64,000 nt of DNA. Origin: Planctomycetota bacterium. Lineage in GTDB: Bacteria > Planctomycetota > JAJSAM01 > JAJVHW01. The stretch spans positions 38,636 to 102,635 of the forward strand of contig JAIOPE010000004.1 in NCBI GenBank assembly GCA_021414065.1. Direction: 5' to 3'. Numbering within the stretch: position 1 is the stretch's first letter; each line of letters begins with the position of its first letter. The notes beneath the pieces are model-generated. The model worked only from the letters and a program-made list of their open reading frames with translations, searched no databases and was not told the origin of the DNA. The position numbers were made by a program, and so were the translations under genes. Shown one piece after another: positions 12,615 to 21,705 of this stretch.

Positions 12615-12738
12615 CGACGCGAACACCCGGCAGGACGGGGCAGGCGCCCCGCAGTTCTTGCTGCAAGTAACGTTCAGAACGCGGTTTGTGATGATCGAGA
12701 GCCTGCTTGCACCGATGCGCGACGGTGGGATTTCGTGC

Positions 12739-12768
12739 TTGGGCGCCCTTCCGGCCAGGCTCTATACT
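12739..12768 (+). promoter_or_regulatory. candidate sigma-70-type promoter (TTGGGC-N18-TATACT)
   Basis: TATACT at 12763-12768 matches TATAAT at 5 of 6 positions. TTGGGC lies 18 nt upstream. The element sits in the 488-bp non-coding gap upstream of the FHA gene. This is sequence-pattern evidence only. Confidence 0.2.
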
Positions 12769-13102
12769 CCGCGGGCTCCGCGTCCCTTCGTATCGGGACG
12801 TGGTGGCAGCTTCGTTCGCTGGGCAGTCTGGCTGGGCTCCGTTTCCGGCATCCGTTTCAGACATCCACTGACATCGGTTTCGCACGACCGCTCACGCGGG
12901 CTCCGCGACGCCGTGTCCGAGGGCGTCGGTACGCTGGCCGGAGGCGGCGTGGTCGCGCGAGCGGCCGCCGAGCCCGGCGAGAACGAGGCGACTTGGGCTG
13001 ACCGGATCGAAGTGCGTGGTCGTCTGACGCCCTCCAGCTTGACGCAGGCTGGGGGCACCTGTTGGTGAAACGATCTCCAGACGTTCGGGAGGAAGGCAAG
13101 GC

Positions 13103-15586
13103 ATGCCGAAGCTGACCTACACGGTCGCGGGTGCGAAGAAGACGGTCGATGTGACCGATTCGTGCTCGATCGGTCGCATGGCCGGAAACACGATCGCCAT
13201 CGAGGACGAGGTCGGCGCGTCGCGGCGCCACTGTCAGATCCTGAAGATCTCGTCCGGGTTCGAGTTGTCCGACCTCGGATCCACGAACGGGACGAAGGTC
13301 AACGGGCAGGCCGTCAAGCGGCACAAGCTCAAGGACGGCGACGAGATCCGCATCGGCGAGACCGCCTTCATCTGGTCCGACGGCACGGGTGCCGCGCCGG
13401 AGGACGAGGTCCTCCTTGAGGGCGACGTCGAGCTCGAGGAGCCGGCCGGCGCGGCGCCGAAGCGCGGCGCGGTGACCGCCGCAGCGGCCACCAGCGAGCA
13501 GTGCTACTTGGTCTTCGCCGGCGGCCCGAAGGACGGGCAGAAGATCACGCTCGAGAAGAAGCGCGTGACCTTCGGTCGCAACGCCAAGAACACGAACGTG
13601 TTCGCAGACGACGCCGGCGTCTCGGGCTATCACTGCGAGGTCGCGCGCGAGGGCGGCGCGTACGTCCTGCGAGATCTCGGCAGCACGAACGGCACACTGC
13701 TCGACGGCGAGGCCGTCAGCGAGACGGCGCTGCAGCACGGCAATCGCATTCGCATTGGCGGGCAGCGCCTCGTGTTCGTGGACCCGACGGTGTCGGATTT
13801 CGAGAAGGCGATGTCGGCGGTGGACGACCTCGGATCGGAGTGGGGCCTCCTCCGCGCCGAGATGGACATGTCACGCGTCCAGCAGGCGAAGCGCAGCCAG
13901 ATGGTCGGCGTGGGCGCGGCCATTGTTCTGCTCGGCGGCGCGGGCTTCGTTGCGATCGCCCACCCGGAGTGGATCTCGGGCGGCGCGAAGGCCCCGGAGA
14001 ACGTGCCCGGCAACCAGGTTGCCGACTTCTCCTTCGAGGGTGGCTCGGGGACGTGGAGCGTGGTGCCCGGCTCACCTTCGACGGGCAGGCCTGCAGCCGC
14101 AGCCGATGGCCCGGCGAAGCAGGGCAAGGCGTTCTACTCCGTGTCGCGCGACGGCCCAGCTGGACGCGGCGCTGCCGTGATGGCCGGCGAGCAAGAGCGC
14201 ATCCGCGTGGATCCGTCCAAGTCCTACGCGTTCGGCGCGTCGGTTCGCACGAAGGGCGACGCCCAGGCGTGTGTGCGGGTCACATGGCTCGCCGCCGACA
14301 AGTCCACCGTCGTCGGTGAATCGGCCACGGATCTGGCGTCCGGCGACTCCTGGACCGACGTTCGCCAGTCGGTGGCACAGCCCCCGCGCGATGCGGCGTC
14401 GGCCCGTATCGAGTTGGTGAACGCGCGTTCCGGCACGGCGTTCTTCGATGACGTGTTCTTCGCGCCCGCCGAGTCGAAGCCGGTCGCCCCGGATCTGAAG
14501 GGTGGCGACCTGATGTGCTCCGTCACGGCGGACGGCCAGGCGACGCTGCGTCGCGGCACGACGACGCTCTTCACCGATCTGACAGTCGTGGGCGGGGCCC
14601 TCCACAAGGAGTACGTGGACGGGGTGAGCCGCACGGACCGGGTCGGAGCGCACAAGGCGAGTTCTGTGACGAGCGCCGGCAAGGTTGTCGGCCAGGCGAT
14701 GGACGCGGTGAGCGGGAAAGTGGCGGCTTACTCGGTGCAACCCGCCATCGCCGAAGACCGCTATCTCGACATCGACGCGGACCTGGGCGACGACGCCGCT
14801 CTCGTCGGACTGCTCGAGAAGGAGTCGGTCGAGGAGGGGCTTGGGGTGAGGACCGACTCCGGGTTCTTCCGCATGAGCGACATCCGCTCGGTCGAGAAGG
14901 TCCGCAGTGTCACGTTTGGCGAGCGGAACCGGTTCGAGGTGCTCGGCCGCGACGGGGCCGTGTTCCGCTTCGCGCTCACCAAGCTCGGCGACCGCTGGGC
15001 GTTCGCGATCGGCGGCGCACCGGGTCTCAAACTCCGGGTGGACACCGACAAGGAAGCACTGAAGAAGGCACTGAACGACATCGACACGAAGGCGAAGGAT
15101 GCGGTGGCGTCGCGCCGTTACGGTCTCGCGATCCAGTTGCTCGGTCAGCTAGCTGCCGGCTTGCCGCAGGGCACGCCGGCCGCCGCCGAAGCCGCGACGA
15201 AAGCCGAGGGCCTCGAGTCTGCGGGTCGCGACGAGATCGCACGCATCCACGCCGGCCGCGTTGCTGCGGTCGAGTTCCAGGACGACTCGGAGCTGGCGGC
15301 GATCGCTGAGCGGTCGAAGACGCTTGTGCAGCAGTACGAAGGCCACGAGGTGTGCGATCAGGCGAAAGCGGAGATCGCAGCCGTGGAGACTGCGAAGGCG
15401 CAGCGCAAGCTGGTCCTCGACGAACGCGCAGCGGCGCCGTTGATCGCGAAAGCGGACGACTATGCGAGCCGCGACGACTGGGCGGTCGCCGGCGCGATCT
15501 ACCGAGGTGTGGTGGCGGCGTATCCGGGTACTGAAACTGCCAAGAAGGCCAAGCAGGCCCTCGAATCCGCTCCGGCGGGGAAGTAG
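13103..15586 (+). CDS. dual-FHA-domain transmembrane protein with a periplasmic beta-sandwich (CBM-like) domain and a helical-repeat region
   Basis: There are two FHA domains. The first is GR...N.I.I.D..ASRRHCQI...GFELSDLGSTNGTKVNG and the second is GRNAKNT..FADDAGVSGYHCEV..EGGAYVLRDLGSTNGTLLDG. A TM helix (MVGVGAAIVLLGGAGFVAIA) follows. Next is NQVADFSFEGGSGTWSV...AFFDDVFFAP, which resembles a CBM4/9-type sandwich. The C-terminus is TPR-like. SD GGGAGGA lies upstream. Confidence 0.85.
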   Translation: MPKLTYTVAGAKKTVDVTDSCSIGRMAGNTIAIEDEVGASRRHCQILKISSGFELSDLGSTNGTKVNGQAVKRHKLKDGDEIRIGETAFIWSDGTGAAPEDEVLLEGDVELEEPAGAAPKRGAVTAAAATSEQCYLVFAGGPKDGQKITLEKKRVTFGRNAKNTNVFADDAGVSGYHCEVAREGGAYVLRDLGSTNGTLLDGEAVSETALQHGNRIRIGGQRLVFVDPTVSDFEKAMSAVDDLGSEWGLLRAEMDMSRVQQAKRSQMVGVGAAIVLLGGAGFVAIAHPEWISGGAKAPENVPGNQVADFSFEGGSGTWSVVPGSPSTGRPAAAADGPAKQGKAFYSVSRDGPAGRGAAVMAGEQERIRVDPSKSYAFGASVRTKGDAQACVRVTWLAADKSTVVGESATDLASGDSWTDVRQSVAQPPRDAASARIELVNARSGTAFFDDVFFAPAESKPVAPDLKGGDLMCSVTADGQATLRRGTTTLFTDLTVVGGALHKEYVDGVSRTDRVGAHKASSVTSAGKVVGQAMDAVSGKVAAYSVQPAIAEDRYLDIDADLGDDAALVGLLEKESVEEGLGVRTDSGFFRMSDIRSVEKVRSVTFGERNRFEVLGRDGAVFRFALTKLGDRWAFAIGGAPGLKLRVDTDKEALKKALNDIDTKAKDAVASRRYGLAIQLLGQLAAGLPQGTPAAAEAATKAEGLESAGRDEIARIHAGRVAAVEFQDDSELAAIAERSKTLVQQYEGHEVCDQAKAEIAAVETAKAQRKLVLDERAAAPLIAKADDYASRDDWAVAGAIYRGVVAAYPGTETAKKAKQALESAPAGK

Positions 15587-15594
15587 GAGGGGCC

Positions 15595-17361
15595 ATGGCC
15601 GCGACCGGTACCGGCGTCTCGATCGGCGGGAGGAACGTCCGCGTCCTCCAGGTGAGAAAGACCAAAGAGGGTGGGTGGCAGGTGCTGCGCGGCCTCGTCG
15701 CGCCGCACACCCAGGCCGAGCCCACGGAGGCGGCGCGTCTGTCGGAGGCGAAGTCCGCCGTCGCCAGCGCGCAGGCCAAGGGCCCGGCGCTCGTCGGCGC
15801 TTCGGGACGCGACCTGATCGTGCGCTACACCCACGTGCCGCCGGTCCCCGACTGGCGGCTCGAGATGCTCATGAACTTCGAGATCCAGGAGGTCGCGGAG
15901 CAGTCCGGAGGGGACGTCTCCGCGGCCTACGCGCAACTCGAAGTCGATGACGCCGCGAGCGGGGACAACGTCGTTCTCGTCGCGCTCGCGAAGAACACCT
16001 ATCTGAAGCCGCGCCTCGACGCGCTGCGGCAGACCGGCTTGGATATGCTCGGCGCGTGCCCGAAGGCCGTCGCCGCGTACTGGTGCTACCGCGAGAATGG
16101 GAAGGTCCGGCTCGACGAGACCGTCCTCCTGCTCAACATCGGTCACGAGAACACCGATGTCGCGATCATCCGCAAGGGCACGCTGCTCTTCGGGCGCAAC
16201 GTCGCGGGCGGCAGCAAGTTGCTCACCGACGCGATCCAGCAGAACGTGCGTGTGGACTTCGCCACCGCCGAGAAGCTGAAGATCACGAAGGGCAACCTCA
16301 CGCCCAAGGGTAAGGCGAAGTACCGCGACTCGATGGAGGAGAAGATCGCCAACGCGATGGCCGGCGCCGCCGGTCACTTCGTCTCGGCGGTCAACTCGTC
16401 GGTCATGTTTGCGAAGGCGCAGACGAAGGTCCCGGAGTGCAGCATCAGCCGCGTCGTCGTGACCGGCGGCGGGTCGCTTCTGAAGGGACTCGCTGACTAC
16501 CTTGAGTCGAGCCTCAACCTGCCCGTCGAGGTCTTCGACCCGATGGACTCTGTGGACCTCTCTGCGCTCACGGCGGAGGCTCAGGCCGCGCTGAAGCAGG
16601 ATCAGGGCGGCATGACGGTCGCGCTGGGTCTCGCGCAGATGGCGGCCGACGACGATGCGTTCCGTGTCGCCGTGGTGCCCGAGGAAGACAAGCGGAAGCG
16701 TCGCTTCAAGGAGCGGACGCTCTTCTCGATCGGCGCAGCGGCGGTGCTCGTCCTCGGGCTCGGCGCTGCATGGTCGATGCAGAGCAAGGCGTTCGACGCG
16801 GCGACCGTGGAGAAGGCGGAGCTGGCGAAGCGCAAGGCCATGTTCGAGACCAACCGGTCCGCGTTCGACAAGGCACAGGAGCGCGTCGCGGTCGTGACGA
16901 CGCGGAAGAACGAGCTGCGCACGCTCGTGGCCCTCGGACCCGCGTTCCAGATCATCACTGACGCCGTCCACTCCGTGATCAACCAGGGCGACGGGTACCA
17001 GGAAGTCAATGTTCTGAAGTGCACGTCGAAGATGTCCGACCACACGGTCAAGGACGCCCAGGACAACGCAGTGACGACCCGTGTGCCGTCCGTGGAGTTC
17101 GAGGCGAAGATCCAGGAAATCGGCGGGCGACCGATCTCGGTGGTCGAAGCGCAGTTCAAGTCGGACCTGCGATTGAAGCTGAAGCAGGTCGGCGGCTCGG
17201 TCGGCGGCAAGGATGCGATCGAGTACCAGGACGTCGGTTCGCTCGACGTCCAGAACGGTACCTTCAAGTTCCGCGTTCGCCAGATGGCGTTCCCGGAGAA
17301 GGTCATCCTGGAGGCGCAGTCGCCCTCGGACGACGCGGCGCCCAAGAAGGAGAAGCCCTAG
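15595..17361 (+). CDS. PilM-like actin-fold ATPase domain fused to a TM segment and PilN-like periplasmic domain (GspL-like topology)
   Basis: 588 aa. The N-terminal ~350 aa match PilM features (IGGRNVRVLQV..., LLLNIGHENTDVAIIRKGTLLFGRNVAGGSKLLTDAI, VVVTGGGSLLKGLADYLE). A TM helix (LFSIGAAAVLVLGLGAAW) follows, then a coiled-coil and an alpha/beta region. Confidence 0.8.
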   Translation: MAATGTGVSIGGRNVRVLQVRKTKEGGWQVLRGLVAPHTQAEPTEAARLSEAKSAVASAQAKGPALVGASGRDLIVRYTHVPPVPDWRLEMLMNFEIQEVAEQSGGDVSAAYAQLEVDDAASGDNVVLVALAKNTYLKPRLDALRQTGLDMLGACPKAVAAYWCYRENGKVRLDETVLLLNIGHENTDVAIIRKGTLLFGRNVAGGSKLLTDAIQQNVRVDFATAEKLKITKGNLTPKGKAKYRDSMEEKIANAMAGAAGHFVSAVNSSVMFAKAQTKVPECSISRVVVTGGGSLLKGLADYLESSLNLPVEVFDPMDSVDLSALTAEAQAALKQDQGGMTVALGLAQMAADDDAFRVAVVPEEDKRKRRFKERTLFSIGAAAVLVLGLGAAWSMQSKAFDAATVEKAELAKRKAMFETNRSAFDKAQERVAVVTTRKNELRTLVALGPAFQIITDAVHSVINQGDGYQEVNVLKCTSKMSDHTVKDAQDNAVTTRVPSVEFEAKIQEIGGRPISVVEAQFKSDLRLKLKQVGGSVGGKDAIEYQDVGSLDVQNGTFKFRVRQMAFPEKVILEAQSPSDDAAPKKEKP

Positions 17362-18207
17362 ATGGACGAGATCTGGCAGCGCCACAAGACGTTCATCCTC
17401 CAGTGCATCATTGGGGGCCTCGCCTTCCTCATCGCCCTCGTCGTGATGAGCAATTCGTACTCCGGCACGAAGGAGATCAAGGATCTCAACGTTTCGGGGA
17501 AGCGTGACCTCGACAAGCGCATCGCCGACGGCACTGCGCCGTCGGCCAAGTCGATCGCCGCCCAGAAGCAGAAGGCGGAAGATGCGAAGAACCAGATCCG
17601 CGACATGAGCGCGAAGGTCGCGTCGCTCGCGCAGGACGAGGACTACGTACGCGAGAACATCGTGTGGATCTTGAGCACGATCGAGAAGCCGGCGGTCGAG
17701 GCGGAGCGGTTCCTGACGCTGTACAAACAGCTTCCGCAGACCTGTCTCACGAGCGTCCGAGAAGAGGCCAGGTCGGTGCTGGTTGGTCGCGCTGCCCAGA
17801 AGGGGCGGCAGATCGACGAGAGCTTCGGCCTATCCGCGGGCGTGGACGAGACCGAAGTTCCGGGCGCCCTGCACGCGCTGGCGATCGTCTGCGACGTCAT
17901 GCGAAGGGCGCTCGACAAGGACGGCATCCAGGCTGTGAGCGACATCCGCGTCAACCCCCGCAACGCGGTCGGCTCCGACCTCTCGTGGATTTCGGGTGTG
18001 GACGTTCGCGTCTCGCTGGTCGGCGACCCGGACGACGTGATGAGCGTCATCCGGAGCTTCAACCAACTCGACCCCAAGATGAACCGCATGACCGTCGTTC
18101 GTGAGGTGGAGTCGATCCTCCGCCGCAGTCCCGACGAGGACACTGTGAAGGCGTCCATCGCGCTCTACGGGCTGCAGCAGAAGGGCGCCCAGGGAGAGGA
18201 CCGTTGA
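17362..18207 (+). CDS. PilO/GspM-like bitopic membrane protein
   Basis: The ATG directly abuts the upstream TAG. There is an N-terminal TM helix (FILQCIIGGLAFLIALVV) and a coiled-coil. The C-terminal VRVSLVGDPDDVMSVIRSFNQL pattern is typical of the ferredoxin-like PilO/GspM domain. The assignment rests on architecture and context, not strong motif identity. Confidence 0.55.
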   Translation: MDEIWQRHKTFILQCIIGGLAFLIALVVMSNSYSGTKEIKDLNVSGKRDLDKRIADGTAPSAKSIAAQKQKAEDAKNQIRDMSAKVASLAQDEDYVRENIVWILSTIEKPAVEAERFLTLYKQLPQTCLTSVREEARSVLVGRAAQKGRQIDESFGLSAGVDETEVPGALHALAIVCDVMRRALDKDGIQAVSDIRVNPRNAVGSDLSWISGVDVRVSLVGDPDDVMSVIRSFNQLDPKMNRMTVVREVESILRRSPDEDTVKASIALYGLQQKGAQGEDR

Positions 18208-20990
18208 AGAAAGAACAGATACTGCTCGTCGTGGCGGTCGGAGTCGTCGGACTGCTCGTCTGGTCGAGCACCGGCCTCTACGAATCGGTCGGAACACTCC
18301 CGGGCGACGGTCGCGACGTGGACGTGAAGCAGACCGTTCCGGCGAATCCCCAGGAGGGGGTCAAGTCCGATCCGCCGCTCGGCCGGAGCTTCCTGCGTCA
18401 GAAGCGCGTCGAACATCGCAAGGCGGCTCCTGAGCTCGATCTTCCGCCGGGCGTCGGCGTCCCGTGGATACGGCCGCTTCCCGTGCCGGAACTTCCCGCG
18501 GCCTTCTGGGGCGTGCTGCGCGAACCCATGGCTCCGGTGGCGAGGGCTGCCGCGGCGGCAACCGACGACGCGGCGGCCGCCGGTGCCGGTTCCACGGAGG
18601 AGGAGGATCCTGCCGTCATCGCGGCGCGCGACGCCGCCGCAGAGAAAGCGAAAGAGGAGACGCTCGGTCGCGAGCGCATCGCCAACGCAGCGAAGCTCGT
18701 TGGCAAGGACGGCAAGGAGTTGGCCGTCCGTCTGATCCCCCTCGGTGATCTCGCCGGAGCCGAGGTCTGGCGCCTGCTCGAGCGCTGGCCGAACTGCCGC
18801 TTCATGGTGGAGGAGTTGAACGCCGACGGGAAGTCGGTCCGCGGTCGCTACGAGGCCGACCCGGCCAAGTTCACGACCGTCCATCTCGAGAAGACTCTCG
18901 ACAACGAGTACAACGAAGAGCGAATCCGCCGCGGCGTGCGCGACAGCGATCGGCAGACGAACGTCGAGTTCGCCCAGTGGGTGCGTACGGCGCTGACTCC
19001 GAAGTACGGCGTGCCTGCGATTCGTTTTGCGCTGAAGCACCTCGCCGTCGCCAAGGCCGTTCAGTTCGATGCGGCTCTCGTGTCGCTGATCGGCGACACC
19101 TGCCGTGACGCGTACGACATCGACGAGGAGATCAAGGCGTATCTCGAGTACCTCCAGGGCACGCGCGCATCGGAGACTCCGATCGTCGTGCGCCTGGGCG
19201 ACGCCTACGAGCGCGCCGGCGCTGTGCAGGCGGCGCTCGACACGTATGATCGCGCTGCGAAGATGGGGGACAACGAGGGGCGACTTCGCCACGCCCTGGT
19301 CACCCTCATGCTCGCCCGCGGTACGTCGGATCTTCAGGCCGCATACGACGAGTTCGAGAAGTCGCAGTCCGGTTCGCAGCGCGGTCGTGCATTGGCCGGC
19401 ATGGCACGGGTCCGTCTCCGCCAGGGCAACCTGGCCGCTGCGGCGCAACTTGCGCAGCAGGCGCGCGATCTCGAGCCGTCGTCGTTCGACGCCGGAATGG
19501 TGCTGGGTGCTGCGCTGTACGCGACCGGCCAGTTCCCGCAGGCAGAGGCCGCCTTCGCCGCAGCAGCGGGTTCGGAGGCCCGTGGAAGCACGCGGTCGAA
19601 ATCGAACCGAGCCATGGCGCTGCTCGCGCAGGACAAGCTCGTGGACGCGATGGCGGAGGCCGACGCGTGTCTCGCGACGGATGCGCTCAACTACTTCGAC
19701 CCGCTCGTCGTCGCCGGCGAGGCGCAGCAGCGCTGGGGCGATCTGAACAAGAGCAACGACACCTTCCAGACGGCGCTGCAGCGGAACCCCCGCAACGCTT
19801 GGGCTCTGCTCCGCCTTGCGGCGATCCGCCTCCGCGACGGTCTGCCGAAGCCTGCCCTCGACCTCTGCCAGGGCGGCGAGGGTGTCACCGGACTCCTCCA
19901 ACTCGCGCCTGAGTCCGTGGACGCGCTCCACGTCGCCGGTCTCGCGTGTGCCGCCCAGGAGCGGCCGGACTGGGCGAACGCCGTGAAGTACCTGCGCCGG
20001 GCACTTGAGAAGGACCCGAAGAACTCGGAGCTGGTCTACGACCTCGGCAAGGTCCTACACCTCGCCGGTAAGACCGACGACGCCGTCCAGCTCCTTGAGA
20101 AGCTGACCGACGCGAACACCGGATCGTCGAAGAACGACGCACGAATGCTCGCGCTGCTTGCCTACATCTACTTCGACGGCAGCAAGCCGGTGGATCAGGT
20201 GTTCGCCACGTTCGACCGCGCCCGGCGCGCACCGCAGGCTTCCTGGACCAAGGAGTACATCGACAAGGCGTACGCCAAGGTCGTGGAGTGGAACAACACG
20301 CGCATCTGGGAGGACGACTGCAATCGCGCCCCCGGGAACCGCGTGGGCAACGGCTGGGACGAGACCGAGGCGCTCGGCGTGAACATCGGGCTGAGCGGTT
20401 CGGCGATCGTCTTCAGCGGTCGTGCGACGCCGGCTCCGGACCGGCCGAAGATGACCGGGATCTTCCGGCCCGAGGAGTTGGCGCCGTTGCAGGCGGTCGA
20501 GTTCTCCGTGAAGGCCGATCCTGGGTACGAGATGGTCCTGCATCTCTATCAGGGTGAACTCGCCTCGACGGATCCGACCAATCCGGCGGCAGGTGGCTCG
20601 CGCGGCGGACGCCGCACGGGCGGCGGCACGGAGCTCGGCTTCGGCCGTGCCCGGGACGGCCGGATGATGCTCTGGATCTATGGCGGGGCTGAGAACAAGA
20701 TGTTCAACATCCCCGTGAAGGACGACAAGGGCGCCGACCGCCAGTGGCCGCAGGACGACCAGTTCCACCGCGTGTCGTTCCGCCGCATCGGATTGCCGCA
20801 GAAGGGCGAGTTCGAGATCTACTTCGACGACGAGAAGGTGCCTACGCCGCTCACCGTCGAAATCGGTGGCCTCTCGGCCGCCTTCGGGAAGTCCGCCACC
20901 CTCGGCGTCCACGTGGACGCCGACCAGCAGGCCATGGTGAGCCTGCAGATCGACTCCGTGCAGATCGAGAAGATCCTCGGAAGAAGGTAA
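18204..20990 (+). CDS. membrane-anchored TPR-repeat protein with a C-terminal beta-sandwich (LamG/ConA-like) region
   Basis: The TTG start overlaps the upstream stop (TTGA). The N-terminal TM helix is ILLVVAVGVVGLLVW. The central part holds multiple TPR units. The C-terminal ~230 aa (FHRVSFRRIGLPQKGEFEIYFDDEKV...) are beta-rich. Confidence 0.7.
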   Translation: MKKEQILLVVAVGVVGLLVWSSTGLYESVGTLPGDGRDVDVKQTVPANPQEGVKSDPPLGRSFLRQKRVEHRKAAPELDLPPGVGVPWIRPLPVPELPAAFWGVLREPMAPVARAAAAATDDAAAAGAGSTEEEDPAVIAARDAAAEKAKEETLGRERIANAAKLVGKDGKELAVRLIPLGDLAGAEVWRLLERWPNCRFMVEELNADGKSVRGRYEADPAKFTTVHLEKTLDNEYNEERIRRGVRDSDRQTNVEFAQWVRTALTPKYGVPAIRFALKHLAVAKAVQFDAALVSLIGDTCRDAYDIDEEIKAYLEYLQGTRASETPIVVRLGDAYERAGAVQAALDTYDRAAKMGDNEGRLRHALVTLMLARGTSDLQAAYDEFEKSQSGSQRGRALAGMARVRLRQGNLAAAAQLAQQARDLEPSSFDAGMVLGAALYATGQFPQAEAAFAAAAGSEARGSTRSKSNRAMALLAQDKLVDAMAEADACLATDALNYFDPLVVAGEAQQRWGDLNKSNDTFQTALQRNPRNAWALLRLAAIRLRDGLPKPALDLCQGGEGVTGLLQLAPESVDALHVAGLACAAQERPDWANAVKYLRRALEKDPKNSELVYDLGKVLHLAGKTDDAVQLLEKLTDANTGSSKNDARMLALLAYIYFDGSKPVDQVFATFDRARRAPQASWTKEYIDKAYAKVVEWNNTRIWEDDCNRAPGNRVGNGWDETEALGVNIGLSGSAIVFSGRATPAPDRPKMTGIFRPEELAPLQAVEFSVKADPGYEMVLHLYQGELASTDPTNPAAGGSRGGRRTGGGTELGFGRARDGRMMLWIYGGAENKMFNIPVKDDKGADRQWPQDDQFHRVSFRRIGLPQKGEFEIYFDDEKVPTPLTVEIGGLSAAFGKSATLGVHVDADQQAMVSLQIDSVQIEKILGRR

Positions 20991-20999
20991 GGAGTCCGC

Positions 21000-21656
21000 A
21001 TGCGCCGCAACGCAGGGTTCACGTTGATCGAGATCCTCGTCGTCATCGCGATCATCGCAGCCATCCTGGGCGGGGTCTCGATCATGATCCGGAAGGCCTC
21101 GGGCGTCCAGCAGACGCTCAAGGCAACGAATCGTGTGAACGGGCTCGGGGCTGCCATCGACATGCTCCACGCTCCCGACAACCTCGGGATGTATCCGCCG
21201 TCTCGGATGGACCAACTGATCGGACCGGGCGCCACCGGACCGGTGGGCAAGAAGCTGGGGACGCCGCCGAACGACGTCAACTGCGGCATCGAGTCCGTGT
21301 ACGTCGCGGTCCGCCTGAAGGGCGTGAAGGCCGACGTGAGCGGGTTCGAGTCCGACGACTCGATCGCCAACCTGGACGATGACCGCGCCACGGCGATGGT
21401 CCCGGACATGATGTCCGGCGATCTCTTCGAGTACATCGACCCGTGGGGCAACCCGCTGGTGTACATCAGCTCACGGGACTACAAGGACCCGAAGAAGGTG
21501 GAACGGTACGTGCTTGGGGACAAGCAAGAGGTGAAGGTCGCGCCCGCCAAGCGGCCGAACGGCGAGTTCGTCCGACCGGACAGTTTCCAGCTCTTCAGCA
21601 TGGGCCCGGACGGCGTGCCCGGCACGGACGACGATATCCAGTACGGAAGCAACTGA
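21000..21656 (+). CDS. type II secretion GspG-like major pseudopilin
   Basis: Prepilin N-terminus MRRNAGFTLIEILVVIAIIAAILGG (G|FTLIE cleavage/methylation motif with Glu+5). GspG-type C-terminal signatures are present: DPWGNPLVY and FQLFSMGPDGVPGTDDDIQYG. Confidence 0.85.
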   Translation: MRRNAGFTLIEILVVIAIIAAILGGVSIMIRKASGVQQTLKATNRVNGLGAAIDMLHAPDNLGMYPPSRMDQLIGPGATGPVGKKLGTPPNDVNCGIESVYVAVRLKGVKADVSGFESDDSIANLDDDRATAMVPDMMSGDLFEYIDPWGNPLVYISSRDYKDPKKVERYVLGDKQEVKVAPAKRPNGEFVRPDSFQLFSMGPDGVPGTDDDIQYGSN

Positions 21657-21705
21657 TCCCCATCTGCGACCGGAACCAGCGGGACGACCTTCCGAGGAGG
21701 ACTTC

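Noticed and set aside
12804-12819. A sigma-54-like element, TGGCAG-N5-TTCGC, downstream of the enhancer-binding protein gene.
   Set aside because: The -12 element reads TTCGC rather than TTGC, so the conserved GC is shifted by one position relative to the GG. Sigma-54 promoters are very sensitive to this spacing. It is kept only as a note inside the intergenic finding.
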